A DNA stretch of 64,000 bases from an uncultured Cryomorphaceae bacterium (GCA_913052055.1 CAJXDT010000008.1:539-64538); one strand, 5' to 3'; positions 36,628 through 46,713 are shown, counted from the first letter of the stretch. Program-made: numbers and translations. Notes: generated by a model from the sequence alone, not told the origin.

Positions 36628-38679
36628 ATGCAAGACTTTCAAAACTATATTCTTGGTGCCTGGGAAAAAGGGAAAGGAACCGAAACCAAGCTTTACAATG
36701 CCATAAACGGAGAATTACTAGGGGGTGTTTCTAGTGCTGGCATTGATTATGAAGCAGTCCTAAATTATGGACGTAACGTAGGGGGTCCTGCACTCAGAAA
36801 AATGACCTTTCAGGAGCGTGGTCGAATGCTAAAAGCGTTGGCTTTTTATTTATTAGAAAAAAAGGCCGCATACTACAACGTTAGTGCTTGGACAGGGGCA
36901 ACTAAAATTGATTCTTGGATTGATATTGAAGGTGGAATAGGAAATTTATTTGCCAATGCCTCTCTTAGAAAACAATTCCCAGATTTACCTTATTATGTAG
37001 ATGGCGTTGCTGCTCCTCTTTCTAAAGGAGGAAGCTTCATAGGCCATCATATTATGGTTCCAAAGGAGGGAGTTGCCATACATATCAATGCCTTTAATTT
37101 CCCAATATGGGGGATGCTCGAAAAAATAGCAGTGAATCTTATGGCCGGCGTACCTGCCGTTGTGAAACCATCTGAATATACTTGTTACCTGACCGAGGTT
37201 ATGGTCAAGGACATCATCGCTTCAAAAATATTGCCTGAAGGAGCACTGCAGCTCGTATGTGGATTAGGACGGGGTATTATTGATCATGTGGATGCTAGAG
37301 ATACCGTAACATTTACAGGAAGTGCTGCAACAGGGAAAGTATTAAAAGGCCTTCCACATATCACAGATAGAAGTGTCGCTTTTAACCTCGAAGCCGATTC
37401 CTTGAATGCCTCGATTCTGGGTATGCATGCTACACCTGACACAGAAGAATTTAGTTTATTCGTCAAAGAATGTGTGAAAGAAATTACCATTAAGGCCGGT
37501 CAGAAATGTACTGCCGTTCGCCGTATTATTGTTCCTGAAAACCTTATTGATGATGTACAAAATGCCATCAGTTCAAAGCTTGAAAAAACAAAAATAGGAG
37601 ACCCTGCAGTCGAAGGAGTGCGTATGGGAGCCTTAGCCTCAAAATTACAAGTAGAGCGAGTGCGTGAAAGTGTTCTTGTTCTTGAAAAGTCACAAAACAT
37701 TGTTTCAGGTGATTTAGAAAGCTTCGATGTTGAAGGAGCCGATAAAAAATTAGGTGCCTTCTTCTCTCCAATTCTTTTTAGAAATGAAGATCCATTTAAT
37801 AAAATAGCTTGTCACGATATTGAGGCCTTTGGGCCCGTATCCACTATAATGCCCTATAAAGACATGGGAGAGGCGATTGAGCTAGCCAAGATGGGGAAAG
37901 GCTCTTTAGTATCATCTATTGTTACCCCAAGTAACCAAGAGGCAAGAGATTATGTGGTAGGCGCTGCAAGCATGCACGGAAGAATTTTAGTACTCAATAA
38001 GGATTGCGCTAAGGAAAGTACAGGTCACGGATCTCCAATGCCTTTGCTTACTCATGGTGGACCTGGTCGCGCTGGAGGCGGGGAAGAAATGGGTGGTAAA
38101 AGAGGTGTGCTTCATTATCTTCAACGAACGGCAATACAAGGTCATCCAACGACGATTACAGCAATTACAGAACAATTTCAAATCGGTGCAGAAATGCCTG
38201 AAGCCAATCCACATGTCTTTAGAAAATACTTTGAAGAATTGGTGGTTGGAGAAACGGTTTTTACACACAAACATACAGTAACTGATGCCGACATTGTAAA
38301 TTTTGCAAACGTTTCGGGAGATAACTTCTATGCCCACATGGATGCTACATCTCTAGACGGAACAATCTTTGAACAACGTGTTGCACACGGTTACTTTATC
38401 TTATCAAAAGCAGCTGGATTATTCGTAGACCCAAAGAAAGGACCCGTTTTACTGAACTACGGTTTAGATGATGCACGTTTTATAAAACCCGTGTATCCAG
38501 GAGCTACTATCGGTGTTCGTTTTACTGTAAAAGAAAAAATGGACCAAGAAAAACGTAGTGAAGATGATATCGCAAAGGGCATTGTTCGTTTCCTTGTAGA
38601 TGTTTATGATGAAACAGGCGAAACTGTGGCCTTGGCAACTATTTTAACAATGGTAAAAAAGATTGATCAGAGCAAGTAA
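36628..38679 (+). CDS. paaZ: bifunctional aldehyde dehydrogenase / MaoC-type hydratase (PaaZ-like)
   Basis: Colinear with E. coli PaaZ from the N-terminus ('LGAWEKGKG...GPALRKMTFQERGRMLKALA'). ALDH core, then a C-terminal hot-dog domain ('FANVSGDNFYAHMD...AHGYF'). Confidence 0.85.
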   Translation: MQDFQNYILGAWEKGKGTETKLYNAINGELLGGVSSAGIDYEAVLNYGRNVGGPALRKMTFQERGRMLKALAFYLLEKKAAYYNVSAWTGATKIDSWIDIEGGIGNLFANASLRKQFPDLPYYVDGVAAPLSKGGSFIGHHIMVPKEGVAIHINAFNFPIWGMLEKIAVNLMAGVPAVVKPSEYTCYLTEVMVKDIIASKILPEGALQLVCGLGRGIIDHVDARDTVTFTGSAATGKVLKGLPHITDRSVAFNLEADSLNASILGMHATPDTEEFSLFVKECVKEITIKAGQKCTAVRRIIVPENLIDDVQNAISSKLEKTKIGDPAVEGVRMGALASKLQVERVRESVLVLEKSQNIVSGDLESFDVEGADKKLGAFFSPILFRNEDPFNKIACHDIEAFGPVSTIMPYKDMGEAIELAKMGKGSLVSSIVTPSNQEARDYVVGAASMHGRILVLNKDCAKESTGHGSPMPLLTHGGPGRAGGGEEMGGKRGVLHYLQRTAIQGHPTTITAITEQFQIGAEMPEANPHVFRKYFEELVVGETVFTHKHTVTDADIVNFANVSGDNFYAHMDATSLDGTIFEQRVAHGYFILSKAAGLFVDPKKGPVLLNYGLDDARFIKPVYPGATIGVRFTVKEKMDQEKRSEDDIAKGIVRFLVDVYDETGETVALATILTMVKKIDQSK

Positions 38680-38930
38680 ATCACATAAGCTTCAAGTAAG
38701 AAAAGTAATGCGAAACTGTAGCTAAGTCTGATCATAGAACCTAGCAGGTTGCTTTATATTAAGGAAAGAATACGCTGGTTTTTATAGTGTTCTCCTCATG
38801 ATTTGAAATTGAAAAAGAATGCTTGGACAAATCGATTAACCATCAAAATACAATTCCAAAAGCTCAATTAAATAATCTAATATTCCATATTTTATGATGT
38901 TTTCAATAAAATAAATTCTTTTCGACTTGT

Positions 38931-38957
38931 CTAAGTGTCATTTATACACTAAGTTTG
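38931..38957 (+). promoter_or_regulatory. palindrome CTAAGTGT-N7-ACACTAAG overlapping a TAnnTTTG-type -7 box
   Basis: The AGTGT-catttat-ACACT core is perfect and the outer arms match 7/8. 'TAAGTTTG' at 38950-38957 fits the Bacteroidetes -7 consensus TAnnTTTG. It lies 22 nt upstream of the ATG at 38980. Confidence 0.3.
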
Positions 38958-38979
38958 GTTTATATATTTATTTAAGCCT

Positions 38980-39192
38980 ATGATTTCGACCAAAAAAAGA
39001 ACCCTAAATGAAATAAGACAAACAAAGGATAGCTACTATGTTGTTCCTGATTCCCAAAAAAAGAACATGGCAGAGGAGGTAATTACGTCCTATCTCAAAC
39101 ACGCTGAATCTGAGGGTAATATATCAATAGAGAACTATAGAGAATTTTTAGAATTCCTGGATTTAAATAGGTATAAAATCACCCAGGAATAG
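38980..39192 (+). CDS. 70-aa soluble protein of unknown function, abutting amt
   Basis: MISTKKRTLNEIRQTKDSYYVVPDSQKKNMAEEVITSYLKHAESEGNISIENYREFLEFLDLNRYKITQE has no TM segment and looks helical. Its TAG (39190-39192) is immediately followed by the amt ATG (39193). Confidence 0.4.
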   Translation: MISTKKRTLNEIRQTKDSYYVVPDSQKKNMAEEVITSYLKHAESEGNISIENYREFLEFLDLNRYKITQE

Positions 39193-40488
39193 ATGAAATC
39201 TAGTATTGGGAGTAAATTAAATTTCCTATTTCTAAGTATTGTTGTTGTGCTTATTCTTTTTGGAAACAGGGCGTACGACTTCGATCTCAATAACGAGCAA
39301 ATAGATAGTGGAGATACCTCTTGGATGCTTGTTTCCAGCGCTTTTGTTCTACTGATGACGCCTGGACTTGCCTTCTTTTATGGTGGAATGGTCAATGTAA
39401 AAAACATCATATCAACAATGCTGCAGAGTTTTGTAGCGCTCGGCGTTATAACTATTGTATGGATTTTCGTTGGTTTTAGTCTATCCTTCGGTGATAGCTT
39501 TTATGGAATTATCGGTGACCCAAGCACCTTTTTGTTTTTCGACAATGTGACCCTTGCGCCCAATCCTGATTACGGTCCAACGATCCCGTTTTTACTGTTT
39601 GCATTTTTTCAATTAAAATTTGCCATCATAACTCCCGCCTTAATCTCTGGAAGCTTTGCAGAGCGAATTCGCTTTAGAAGCTATATCCTTTTTATGCTCC
39701 TTTTTACGCTTTTAATATATAGCCCCCTAGCTCATATGACATGGCATCCTGATGGCTTATTTCGTAAATGGGGAGTCATCGATTTCGCGGGCGGAACTGT
39801 CGTTCACATGTCGGCCGGACTAGCAGCGCTTGCAGGTGCGCTTTTTTTAGGAAAAAGAAAAAAAATAATTGAGAAGCCCGCAAATATACCATTCGTGATC
39901 TTGGGAACGGGATTGCTCTGGTTTGGATGGTTTGGTTTCAATGCTGGTTCCGCTTTAGGAGCTAATCTCGATGCTGTTGTTGCGTTCGCCAACACAAACG
40001 TAGCTTCAGCCACGAGCATGCTTACTTGGATATTTTTTGATCGATTTACAAATCGAAAAATGTCAGCAATCGGAGCCTGTATTGGAGCTATTGTGGGTCT
40101 CGTTGCCATCACACCTGCCGCTGGAGTTGTCACACTAGGGCAAAGTGTTTTTATTGGTTTTGTGGCGGCTTTAATTAGTAATTTGGCGATTCGGTTCTTT
40201 AGAAAACTCAATATTGACGATACACTTGATGTTTTCCCTAGTCATGGTGTAGGAGGAATTACCGGAATGATATTAACTGCTTTGTTCGCTTCGGAGGTTG
40301 GCCTAATTTATGGACAAACGGAGACGTTTATAATGCACCTTGTCGCCATTTTACTTGTCGTAATATATACCCTGGGAATGAGTTATCTATTATTTAAGCT
40401 TGTCAACTTCATTACACCTCTAAGGGTTCGTGAGGATCAAGAAGAAAGAGGTTTAGATGCCTCTCAGCACGGCGAAAATTTTTACTAA
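39193..40488 (+). CDS. amt: ammonium transporter (Amt family)
   Basis: 'LLMTPGLAFFYGGM', 'DFAGGTVVHMSAG' and 'DVFPSHGVGGITG' are the Amt/MEP twin-His channel motifs. Confidence 0.9.
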   Translation: MKSSIGSKLNFLFLSIVVVLILFGNRAYDFDLNNEQIDSGDTSWMLVSSAFVLLMTPGLAFFYGGMVNVKNIISTMLQSFVALGVITIVWIFVGFSLSFGDSFYGIIGDPSTFLFFDNVTLAPNPDYGPTIPFLLFAFFQLKFAIITPALISGSFAERIRFRSYILFMLLFTLLIYSPLAHMTWHPDGLFRKWGVIDFAGGTVVHMSAGLAALAGALFLGKRKKIIEKPANIPFVILGTGLLWFGWFGFNAGSALGANLDAVVAFANTNVASATSMLTWIFFDRFTNRKMSAIGACIGAIVGLVAITPAAGVVTLGQSVFIGFVAALISNLAIRFFRKLNIDDTLDVFPSHGVGGITGMILTALFASEVGLIYGQTETFIMHLVAILLVVIYTLGMSYLLFKLVNFITPLRVREDQEERGLDASQHGENFY

Positions 40489-40489
40489 A

Positions 40490-41677
40490 TCAGTACAAGA
40501 AGTTATTGTAAGGATAACGTACTTTGAATATTTCCTTCACCTCCTTATATAAGATATCCCGCAGCTCATCCATATTTTCCTTTTTCTGAGCAGATATGAA
40601 AATTGCTTTATTCGGTCCTAACTTAGCCATCCAGGATTTCTTTAATGCGTCAAGTGATGAAAGTCCATCCGGATCTTCAAGCTCATCCTCTGGTGGAAGA
40701 TAGGCGTCTATTTTATTGAACACAACGACCGTTGGTTTCGATGATTTATCAATCTCCGATAGGGTCTCATTTACCACACGATAATGGTCTTCAAAGTTTG
40801 AATGAGAGATATCCAATACATGAATTAACAAATCTGCCTCACGAACCTCATCTAGTGTAGATTTAAAAGACTCCATAAGTTGTTGAGGAAGCTTACGGAT
40901 AAATCCAACAGTGTCGGTTAAGAGCAAAGGTAAATTCCCCAAAACAACCTTTCGAACAGTCGTGTCTAGTGTCGCAAACAACTTATTTTCAGCAAAGACC
41001 TTTGATTTAGAAAGCACATTCATTAAGGTGCTTTTACCCACGTTTGTATAACCCACCAAGGCAACACGAACAAGCTGTCCACGGTTGCCTCTTTGTACGC
41101 GTTTCTGTTTGTCAATCGACTTCAAACGGTCTTTCATAAGTGATATACGCTGGCCTATGATTCTCCTATCTGTTTCAATTTGTGATTCTCCAGGACCACG
41201 CATCCCTATTCCTCCTTTCTGTCTTTCGAGGTGCGTCCAAAGGCCAGTCAGCCTTGGTAGCATGTATTGAAGTTGTGCCAATTCCACCTGAGTTTTTGCA
41301 TGGTAGGTCATCGCCCGGCTTGCAAATATGTCAAGAATGAGAATCGTTCGATCTAAAATTTTACATTCCAATATCTTTTCAATATTTCTCAGCTGTGATG
41401 GAGATAACTCATCATCAAAAATGACTAAGCTTATGTCTTTTGACTTGACGTAGTCGCGAATTTCCTCAATTTTCCCACTTCCTACGTAGGTCTTTGGGTT
41501 TGGGACAGGAAGGTTTTGAAGGAACATTCGCTCTGTTGTTGCACCTGCTGTTTCAGCCAAAAAACGCAGCTCATCTAGGTGCTCGAGTGCTTCTTCCTCT
41601 GATATTCTAGAATGTGCAACCCCAACAAGAAGGCAAAACTCCTTTAATTCTTCTATTTTTTGTTTTGGTTTACCCAT
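40490..41677 (-). CDS. hflX: GTPase HflX
   Basis: HflX N-domain, G1 'GYTNVGKSTLMN', G3 'DTVGFI' and G4 'NKID'. Confidence 0.9.
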   Translation of the reverse strand: MGKPKQKIEELKEFCLLVGVAHSRISEEEALEHLDELRFLAETAGATTERMFLQNLPVPNPKTYVGSGKIEEIRDYVKSKDISLVIFDDELSPSQLRNIEKILECKILDRTILILDIFASRAMTYHAKTQVELAQLQYMLPRLTGLWTHLERQKGGIGMRGPGESQIETDRRIIGQRISLMKDRLKSIDKQKRVQRGNRGQLVRVALVGYTNVGKSTLMNVLSKSKVFAENKLFATLDTTVRKVVLGNLPLLLTDTVGFIRKLPQQLMESFKSTLDEVREADLLIHVLDISHSNFEDHYRVVNETLSEIDKSSKPTVVVFNKIDAYLPPEDELEDPDGLSSLDALKKSWMAKLGPNKAIFISAQKKENMDELRDILYKEVKEIFKVRYPYNNFLY

Positions 41678-42015
41678 TAATCTCTTAAGCTTAGTACATG
41701 ATCCGAAATATCAGAAATATGTTGTTCTGAATTCAATATGTCTTTGTATGCAGGCATTACACCTTTTCCATTCTTAATTATATACTGTATTTCTTCTTTT
41801 GAAAAGGAACTCAGTTTTAGGTTTTTTGATCCACTTGCCCCTAAATCCCCCGCAACTCCATGGCATCTTGAACAATGAATGATATATAGATTCTTTGCTT
41901 TCTCGGCTGGGCTTTCTTGATAGTCAACTTTCTCGGCATCCTGACAACCATAAAAAAAGAGCACTAACAAAAGAGCTTTTCCAAGCTCTGTATTTAAAGA
42001 GCTGATTTTACGCAT
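41677..42015 (-). CDS. class I c-type cytochrome (lipoprotein-like signal)
   Basis: Heme motif 'CSRCHG', distal Met region 'GKGVMPAY', and signal 'LLVLFFYGCQD'. The TAATG stop/start overlaps hflX. Confidence 0.75.
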   Translation of the reverse strand: MRKISSLNTELGKALLLVLFFYGCQDAEKVDYQESPAEKAKNLYIIHCSRCHGVAGDLGASGSKNLKLSSFSKEEIQYIIKNGKGVMPAYKDILNSEQHISDISDHVLSLRD

Positions 42016-42029
42016 TCAAATACTCGTTT

Positions 42030-42389
42030 TCACCCATCTACTTTTTCTCTGTTCTTCCTTGCTTCTTTAAAGCTTTTTATGAAATAAACCATCGATAGCG
42101 CCGACGTAATGACCATAGCCACAACTCTCACTAGGCCTAAGCCACCTTGAGTAATTGACTTTGGTAAGCGCATTCCAACTAAGGCAATGAGAATAAGTAA
42201 GGTAAGTAATACCGCTACATGCGCTATAATTTTATTTTGGTTTTTAACTCCCTGATAACACAGTAAAAGCACCACCCCAAAACCAACCGGAATGAGCGCT
42301 GTTGGAGAATTCAATTCAAGGTAACCCCACAAACCCATTGCAATTAAAACGAGGGCATTGATAAGATTCATTCGTGTTGCATTTAACAT
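42030..42389 (-). CDS. four-TM membrane protein, unknown function
   Basis: 119 aa with four hydrophobic helices and a basic C-terminal tail. It lies 14 nt upstream of the cytochrome c gene. Confidence 0.5.
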   Translation of the reverse strand: MLNATRMNLINALVLIAMGLWGYLELNSPTALIPVGFGVVLLLCYQGVKNQNKIIAHVAVLLTLLILIALVGMRLPKSITQGGLGLVRVVAMVITSALSMVYFIKSFKEARKNREKVDG

Positions 42390-42451
42390 GATAATTGTTT
42401 TTGATTATTTAATTTAAAAATATAAAAATTTAATATGCCCTTTTACGGTGG

Positions 42452-44248
42452 CTAGTCATTTAGCTTCAGTACGGCAAGGAAGGCCTCTTGAGGAACTTCA
42501 ACTTTACCCACTTGACGCATTCGCTTTTTACCTGCCTTTTGCTTTTCCAAAAGTTTACGTTTACGGGTAATATCCCCTCCATAACATTTGGCCGTAACAT
42601 CTTTTCTCAATGCTTTAATGGTTTCTCTAGCAATTACTTTCGCTCCTATTGCTGCTTGAACAGGAATTTCAAATTGTTGTCTAGGAATCAGTTCTTTTAG
42701 TTTTAGACATATTCTTTTACCTAAATCAAAAGCATTACTTCTATGCACCAATGCAGATAGCGCATCAACTTGCTCACCATTGAGTAGAAGATCCATTTTA
42801 ATTAGATCCGATGCCTTATATCCGGTTGGATGATAATCAAAAGAAGCATATCCTCTTGATACAGACTTTAGTCGATCGTAAAAATCAAAAACAATTTCTG
42901 CTAGGGGCATCTCAAAGGTGATTTCTACCCTATCCTGTGTGAGATAAACTTGATTTTGTAGCTCTCCTCTCTTTTCAATACACAGCGTCATTATTGCACC
43001 TACATATTCGGTTTTTGTAATCACCTGCGCTTTGATATATGGCTCTTCTATTTTGTCCATACCCGATGGGTCAGGAAGCTCAGAAGGATTGTTTACGATT
43101 AACACCTCGTCCGGTGTTTTCTTCATGTAAGACTTATAAGAAACGTTAGGAACTGTTGTAATCACAGTCATATTAAATTCTCGCTCGAGACGTTCCTGAA
43201 TAATTTCCATGTGAAGCATTCCTAAAAAGCCGCACCGAAAACCAAAGCCCAAAGCAGCAGACGACTCCGGTTCAAAAACCAATGACGAATCATTGAGCTG
43301 AAGCTTTTCCATTGAATACCTGAGCTCCTCATAATCTTCAGAATCTACAGGATAAATACCAGCAAAAACCATCGGCTTGACATCTTCAAATCCTTTTAGA
43401 TCTTCTTGACAAGGGTTTTCAGATGAAGTAATCGTATCACCTACCTTCACCTCATTAGCTTGCTTTATTCCAGAAATAATGTAACCAACATCACCGGTTC
43501 TAAGCTCTTTTTTAGGATCTAATCCCATTTTCAATATACCGATTTCATCAGCGTTATAATCTCTCTTCGTATTGAAAAAACGAATTCTTTGCCCTTTTCT
43601 TATCACACCATTTTTTACCCTGAAATAAGCAATGATTCCTCTAAAGGGATTAAAAACGGAATCAAAAATCATGGCTTGTAAAGGAGCTTCTTCATCTCCT
43701 TGAGGCGCGGGAACCGTATTCACAACTGCTGCTAGAATCTCTTCAACTCCTAGTCCTGTTTTCCCAGATGCTTGAATGATTTCCTCATATTCACAACCGA
43801 TAAGCTCAACGATTTGATCAGAAACCTCCTCAGGCATAGCACCCGGTAGATCCATTTTATTGAGAATAGGTATTATCTGCAAGTCGTGCTCTAGTGCTAA
43901 ATATAGATTAGAAATAGTTTGAGCTTCAATACCTTGAGAAGCGTCAACAATCAACAAAGCACCCTCGCAAGCTGCTATAGAGCGCGAAACTTCGTAAGAA
44001 AAATCAACGTGTCCCGGGGTGTCAATTAAATTCAAAATATAATCATCCCCTTCATGCTGATAACTCATCTGAATGGCATGGCTTTTTATTGTTATCCCCC
44101 TTTCTCGCTCCAAATCCATATCGTCGAGGGCTTGGTTTTGCATTTCGCGTTCGGAGATTGTCCCCGTGGCTTGTAAAAGCCGATCGGCAAGTGTGCTTTT
44201 CCCATGATCAATATGGGCGATAATACAAAAGTTTCGAATGTGTTTCAT
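42452..44248 (-). CDS. lepA: translation elongation factor 4
   Basis: '[16 protein letters not shown]', 'DTPGHVDF', and the LepA-specific C-terminal domain ending '...[14 protein letters not shown]'. Confidence 0.95.
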   Translation of the reverse strand: MKHIRNFCIIAHIDHGKSTLADRLLQATGTISEREMQNQALDDMDLERERGITIKSHAIQMSYQHEGDDYILNLIDTPGHVDFSYEVSRSIAACEGALLIVDASQGIEAQTISNLYLALEHDLQIIPILNKMDLPGAMPEEVSDQIVELIGCEYEEIIQASGKTGLGVEEILAAVVNTVPAPQGDEEAPLQAMIFDSVFNPFRGIIAYFRVKNGVIRKGQRIRFFNTKRDYNADEIGILKMGLDPKKELRTGDVGYIISGIKQANEVKVGDTITSSENPCQEDLKGFEDVKPMVFAGIYPVDSEDYEELRYSMEKLQLNDSSLVFEPESSAALGFGFRCGFLGMLHMEIIQERLEREFNMTVITTVPNVSYKSYMKKTPDEVLIVNNPSELPDPSGMDKIEEPYIKAQVITKTEYVGAIMTLCIEKRGELQNQVYLTQDRVEITFEMPLAEIVFDFYDRLKSVSRGYASFDYHPTGYKASDLIKMDLLLNGEQVDALSALVHRSNAFDLGKRICLKLKELIPRQQFEIPVQAAIGAKVIARETIKALRKDVTAKCYGGDITRKRKLLEKQKAGKKRMRQVGKVEVPQEAFLAVLKLND

Positions 44249-44315
44249 TAGCTCTCAAAATTACACTTAAAATCTGAATATCTCTACGTTTTAAGCCCTA
44301 TTTATTATATGTATA

Positions 44316-45353
44316 CTACTTGTAAAATCTAGAGAAAACAACCTCTTTATGGAGCGCTTTCCCTTCCGTCATAAACTGGGCCATTTCCAACGAAAGTAAT
44401 GGGGCAAGCATATACCCCTTAGTACCTAAACCGTTGAATATAAAAAGCCCTTTCGCATCAGGATGTTCCCCCATAACCGGACGTCGATCCGAAACCGTTG
44501 GACGCATACCCACTGTCTGACCATTCACTTCATAACTTGCATTTGTAATGGTTTTAAAAACATCCTCAAGCTTTTCGCGTGCCTCTGCCGTAATATTCAG
44601 GTTTGGTTCATTCCACTCATAGGTTGCTCCGAGCATGAACTTTTCTCCCCCTACTGGCAGAATAAATCCTTTTCGATTCCATAACTCATGCTGCGAAAGC
44701 TCGCTGCTTTCAATATGAAGTATTTGGCCTCGATTGTGCTGTATATTTGCTTGGTTGAAGTAGGTAATCTTGTCATTGTCTGACCCACAACAAAAAACAA
44801 CTGCGTCGTATATTAAACCACAGTAGCTCAATTCTTCTTGAATAAATTCTGCGGGCTCAAACTGACCATACTTTAAAACGTTCTGCTCTTTCAGAAAAAG
44901 ATGCATTTTTTCCATGAAGAGTTTTGAACGAATCCAAAAGGCGTTTTTCACAATCCCAGAGCCGAATTCACTTTTTGCCAAGGGAACTTTTTCATCAAAA
45001 TCATCATGTAACGTCAAGTACTTTTGATACTCGGCCTCGTGCTGTTTCTTTTCCCAATAACCTCTTTCTTGCTCGGATGAAAAGAACCTACGAATCCTGA
45101 GCTTATTGTAAAATTTAGCTTTTAACGTATCCTCCAATTCTAAATAAAAATCACGGGCATATGGAAGCATTTCATCTGCACGCCAAGATAAATTCATACG
45201 GCGAAAAACCATTGGATTTACCATGCCAGATGCAACCGCAGAAGAATGATTTGTCCCTCGGTCTAAAAGCGTGACTCCAACCCCTCGTTTCATCAACTGA
45301 ATTGCCAATGAAGAGCCTGCGATCCCTCCTCCTATGATTAGTGTGTTTTTCAA
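44316..45353 (-). CDS. FAD-dependent oxidoreductase (DAO family; possibly MnmC oxidase-domain-like)
   Basis: 'LIIGGGIAGSSLA' begins at residue 5. Only a TTG start (45353) precedes this fold. 'NGLGTKGYMLAP' lies near the C-terminus. Confidence 0.65.
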   Translation of the reverse strand: MKNTLIIGGGIAGSSLAIQLMKRGVGVTLLDRGTNHSSAVASGMVNPMVFRRMNLSWRADEMLPYARDFYLELEDTLKAKFYNKLRIRRFFSSEQERGYWEKKQHEAEYQKYLTLHDDFDEKVPLAKSEFGSGIVKNAFWIRSKLFMEKMHLFLKEQNVLKYGQFEPAEFIQEELSYCGLIYDAVVFCCGSDNDKITYFNQANIQHNRGQILHIESSELSQHELWNRKGFILPVGGEKFMLGATYEWNEPNLNITAEAREKLEDVFKTITNASYEVNGQTVGMRPTVSDRRPVMGEHPDAKGLFIFNGLGTKGYMLAPLLSLEMAQFMTEGKALHKEVVFSRFYK

Positions 45354-45589
45354 TTTTTTATGAGCTGATTATTAGCGCTGAATTACCCAAGAAGAAACCC
45401 CGAAACTCATAAGAGATAGATTTTAAATTGCTTGACTTCATAATATGCTAACACTTCAAACAAAAGTAATGTTTCTAGAGGCATTTAAACTTATTATAAT
45501 GTGAAGAGATATTAATTACTGTAGAATTCCCTTTTACTATTTCTTTGCATACAATTACCAATGATGAGCCAACGATGATACCTGTTTTT

Positions 45590-46318
45590 TTATGAATTGT
45601 TATTGGCAATTGAAAGGCTGAAAATAGTGATTTGTAAATCCTCATTTTTTTTTCTGAGCACATCACAAATTGTACTTATTGTTGCCCCCGTGGTCACAAC
45701 GTCATCAACCAAGGCAATAGAAGTATACTTCTTGACCTCATCAGAAACGGAAAAAGTGTCAATCGTATTTTCTCTCCGCTCTTCCTTGGAGAGTTTCGTC
45801 TGGCTCTTTGAATTCCTAATTTTAGACAAAAGGCCTGTTTTAACAGGTAAGTGTGTTATCAATGAAATTCCCCTTGCCAATAGCTCACTTTGATTGTATC
45901 CTCGATCAAATCTTTTTCGATGATGGATCGGCACAGGGATTAAAGCATCAATGGTCGAGCTAATCTGTTTGCGCTCAATTTCTTGACCAAGAAGGCTCCC
46001 AAAATAAAGGCCAATACTACGGTTGTTTTTATATTTCAGCTCGTGTAAAATTGTCTGAACAGGATTGCCTTCCTCAAAACGATAAAGAACAGAAGAAGAT
46101 AATAAGCCCGGTTGATTTACAGATTGCTCAAGCAAGTGATGGACCTCTTTTTCACGCCATTTAACCAATTCAATTGCGGACAAACAAGCGTAACACAAAA
46201 ACGGGGATTTTTGCTGAATTGACCTTTTACAATGGAGGCATAAATCGGGATAAAGCAAATGTGATAATGCCTTAATAAAATAAATAAGTTGTCCCAAAAT
46301 ATTTCTAGAGCTAGGCAT
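45590..46318 (-). CDS. comF: ComF-family phosphoribosyltransferase-domain protein
   Basis: N-terminal Cys pairs 'CLHCKRS...CYAC' and PRTase motif 'ALVDDVVTTGAT'. Confidence 0.75.
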   Translation of the reverse strand: MPSSRNILGQLIYFIKALSHLLYPDLCLHCKRSIQQKSPFLCYACLSAIELVKWREKEVHHLLEQSVNQPGLLSSSVLYRFEEGNPVQTILHELKYKNNRSIGLYFGSLLGQEIERKQISSTIDALIPVPIHHRKRFDRGYNQSELLARGISLITHLPVKTGLLSKIRNSKSQTKLSKEERRENTIDTFSVSDEVKKYTSIALVDDVVTTGATISTICDVLRKKNEDLQITIFSLSIANNNS

Positions 46319-46713
46319 AGACGAAATATTGAATTATATGAACAATAGAGTGTGAAAAAAGGAATTTGGCTTTGTGAAAAAAGAGAAGGATTCTCATCTA
46401 TATTTATGACGTATAAAAGATTGTAAAAAAATCAATACAATTTAACAAAATCATAAAGAAAAGTTTTAAAGATCTACATCTAAATTGTGTGGATATCTTT
46501 CGGCTACTTGTTCATAATCGCTGAAAGGTTTGCCATTAAATGGATTGGGACAAGAAGTGTTGAAAACATTAATTCATTGTTAATTTCTTTAATTTGATTT
46601 CGCGAGATTTTTAACAATTTTTGTATGCCTCAGTAACCTAAAGCTATTGACCAAAAAATAGTTTTTAATAGGCGCTTGGGGAAGCAAGTTTGTTTAAGGA
46701 GCCAATTTAATCA

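Noticed and set aside
45475-45666. 63-aa minus-strand ORF spanning the comF 3' end and the gap before the flavoprotein gene
   Set aside because: It overlaps the comF C-terminus in another frame. The rest is AT-rich promoter-like sequence for the downstream gene, and nothing supports coding.
46478-46500. Possible NrdR box (ctacatctaaattgtgtgg) upstream of nrdBA
   Set aside because: Only the right half (attgtgt) fits the acaCwAtATaTwGtgt consensus. The left half is poor, and I could not find the usual second box about 31 bp away.
46670-46700. Cobalamin-riboswitch-like 'ggcgcttggggaagc' upstream of nrdB
   Set aside because: There is no B12-box-like element, and too little sequence remains before the ATG for the roughly 200-nt aptamer. 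This is also a class Ia RNR.
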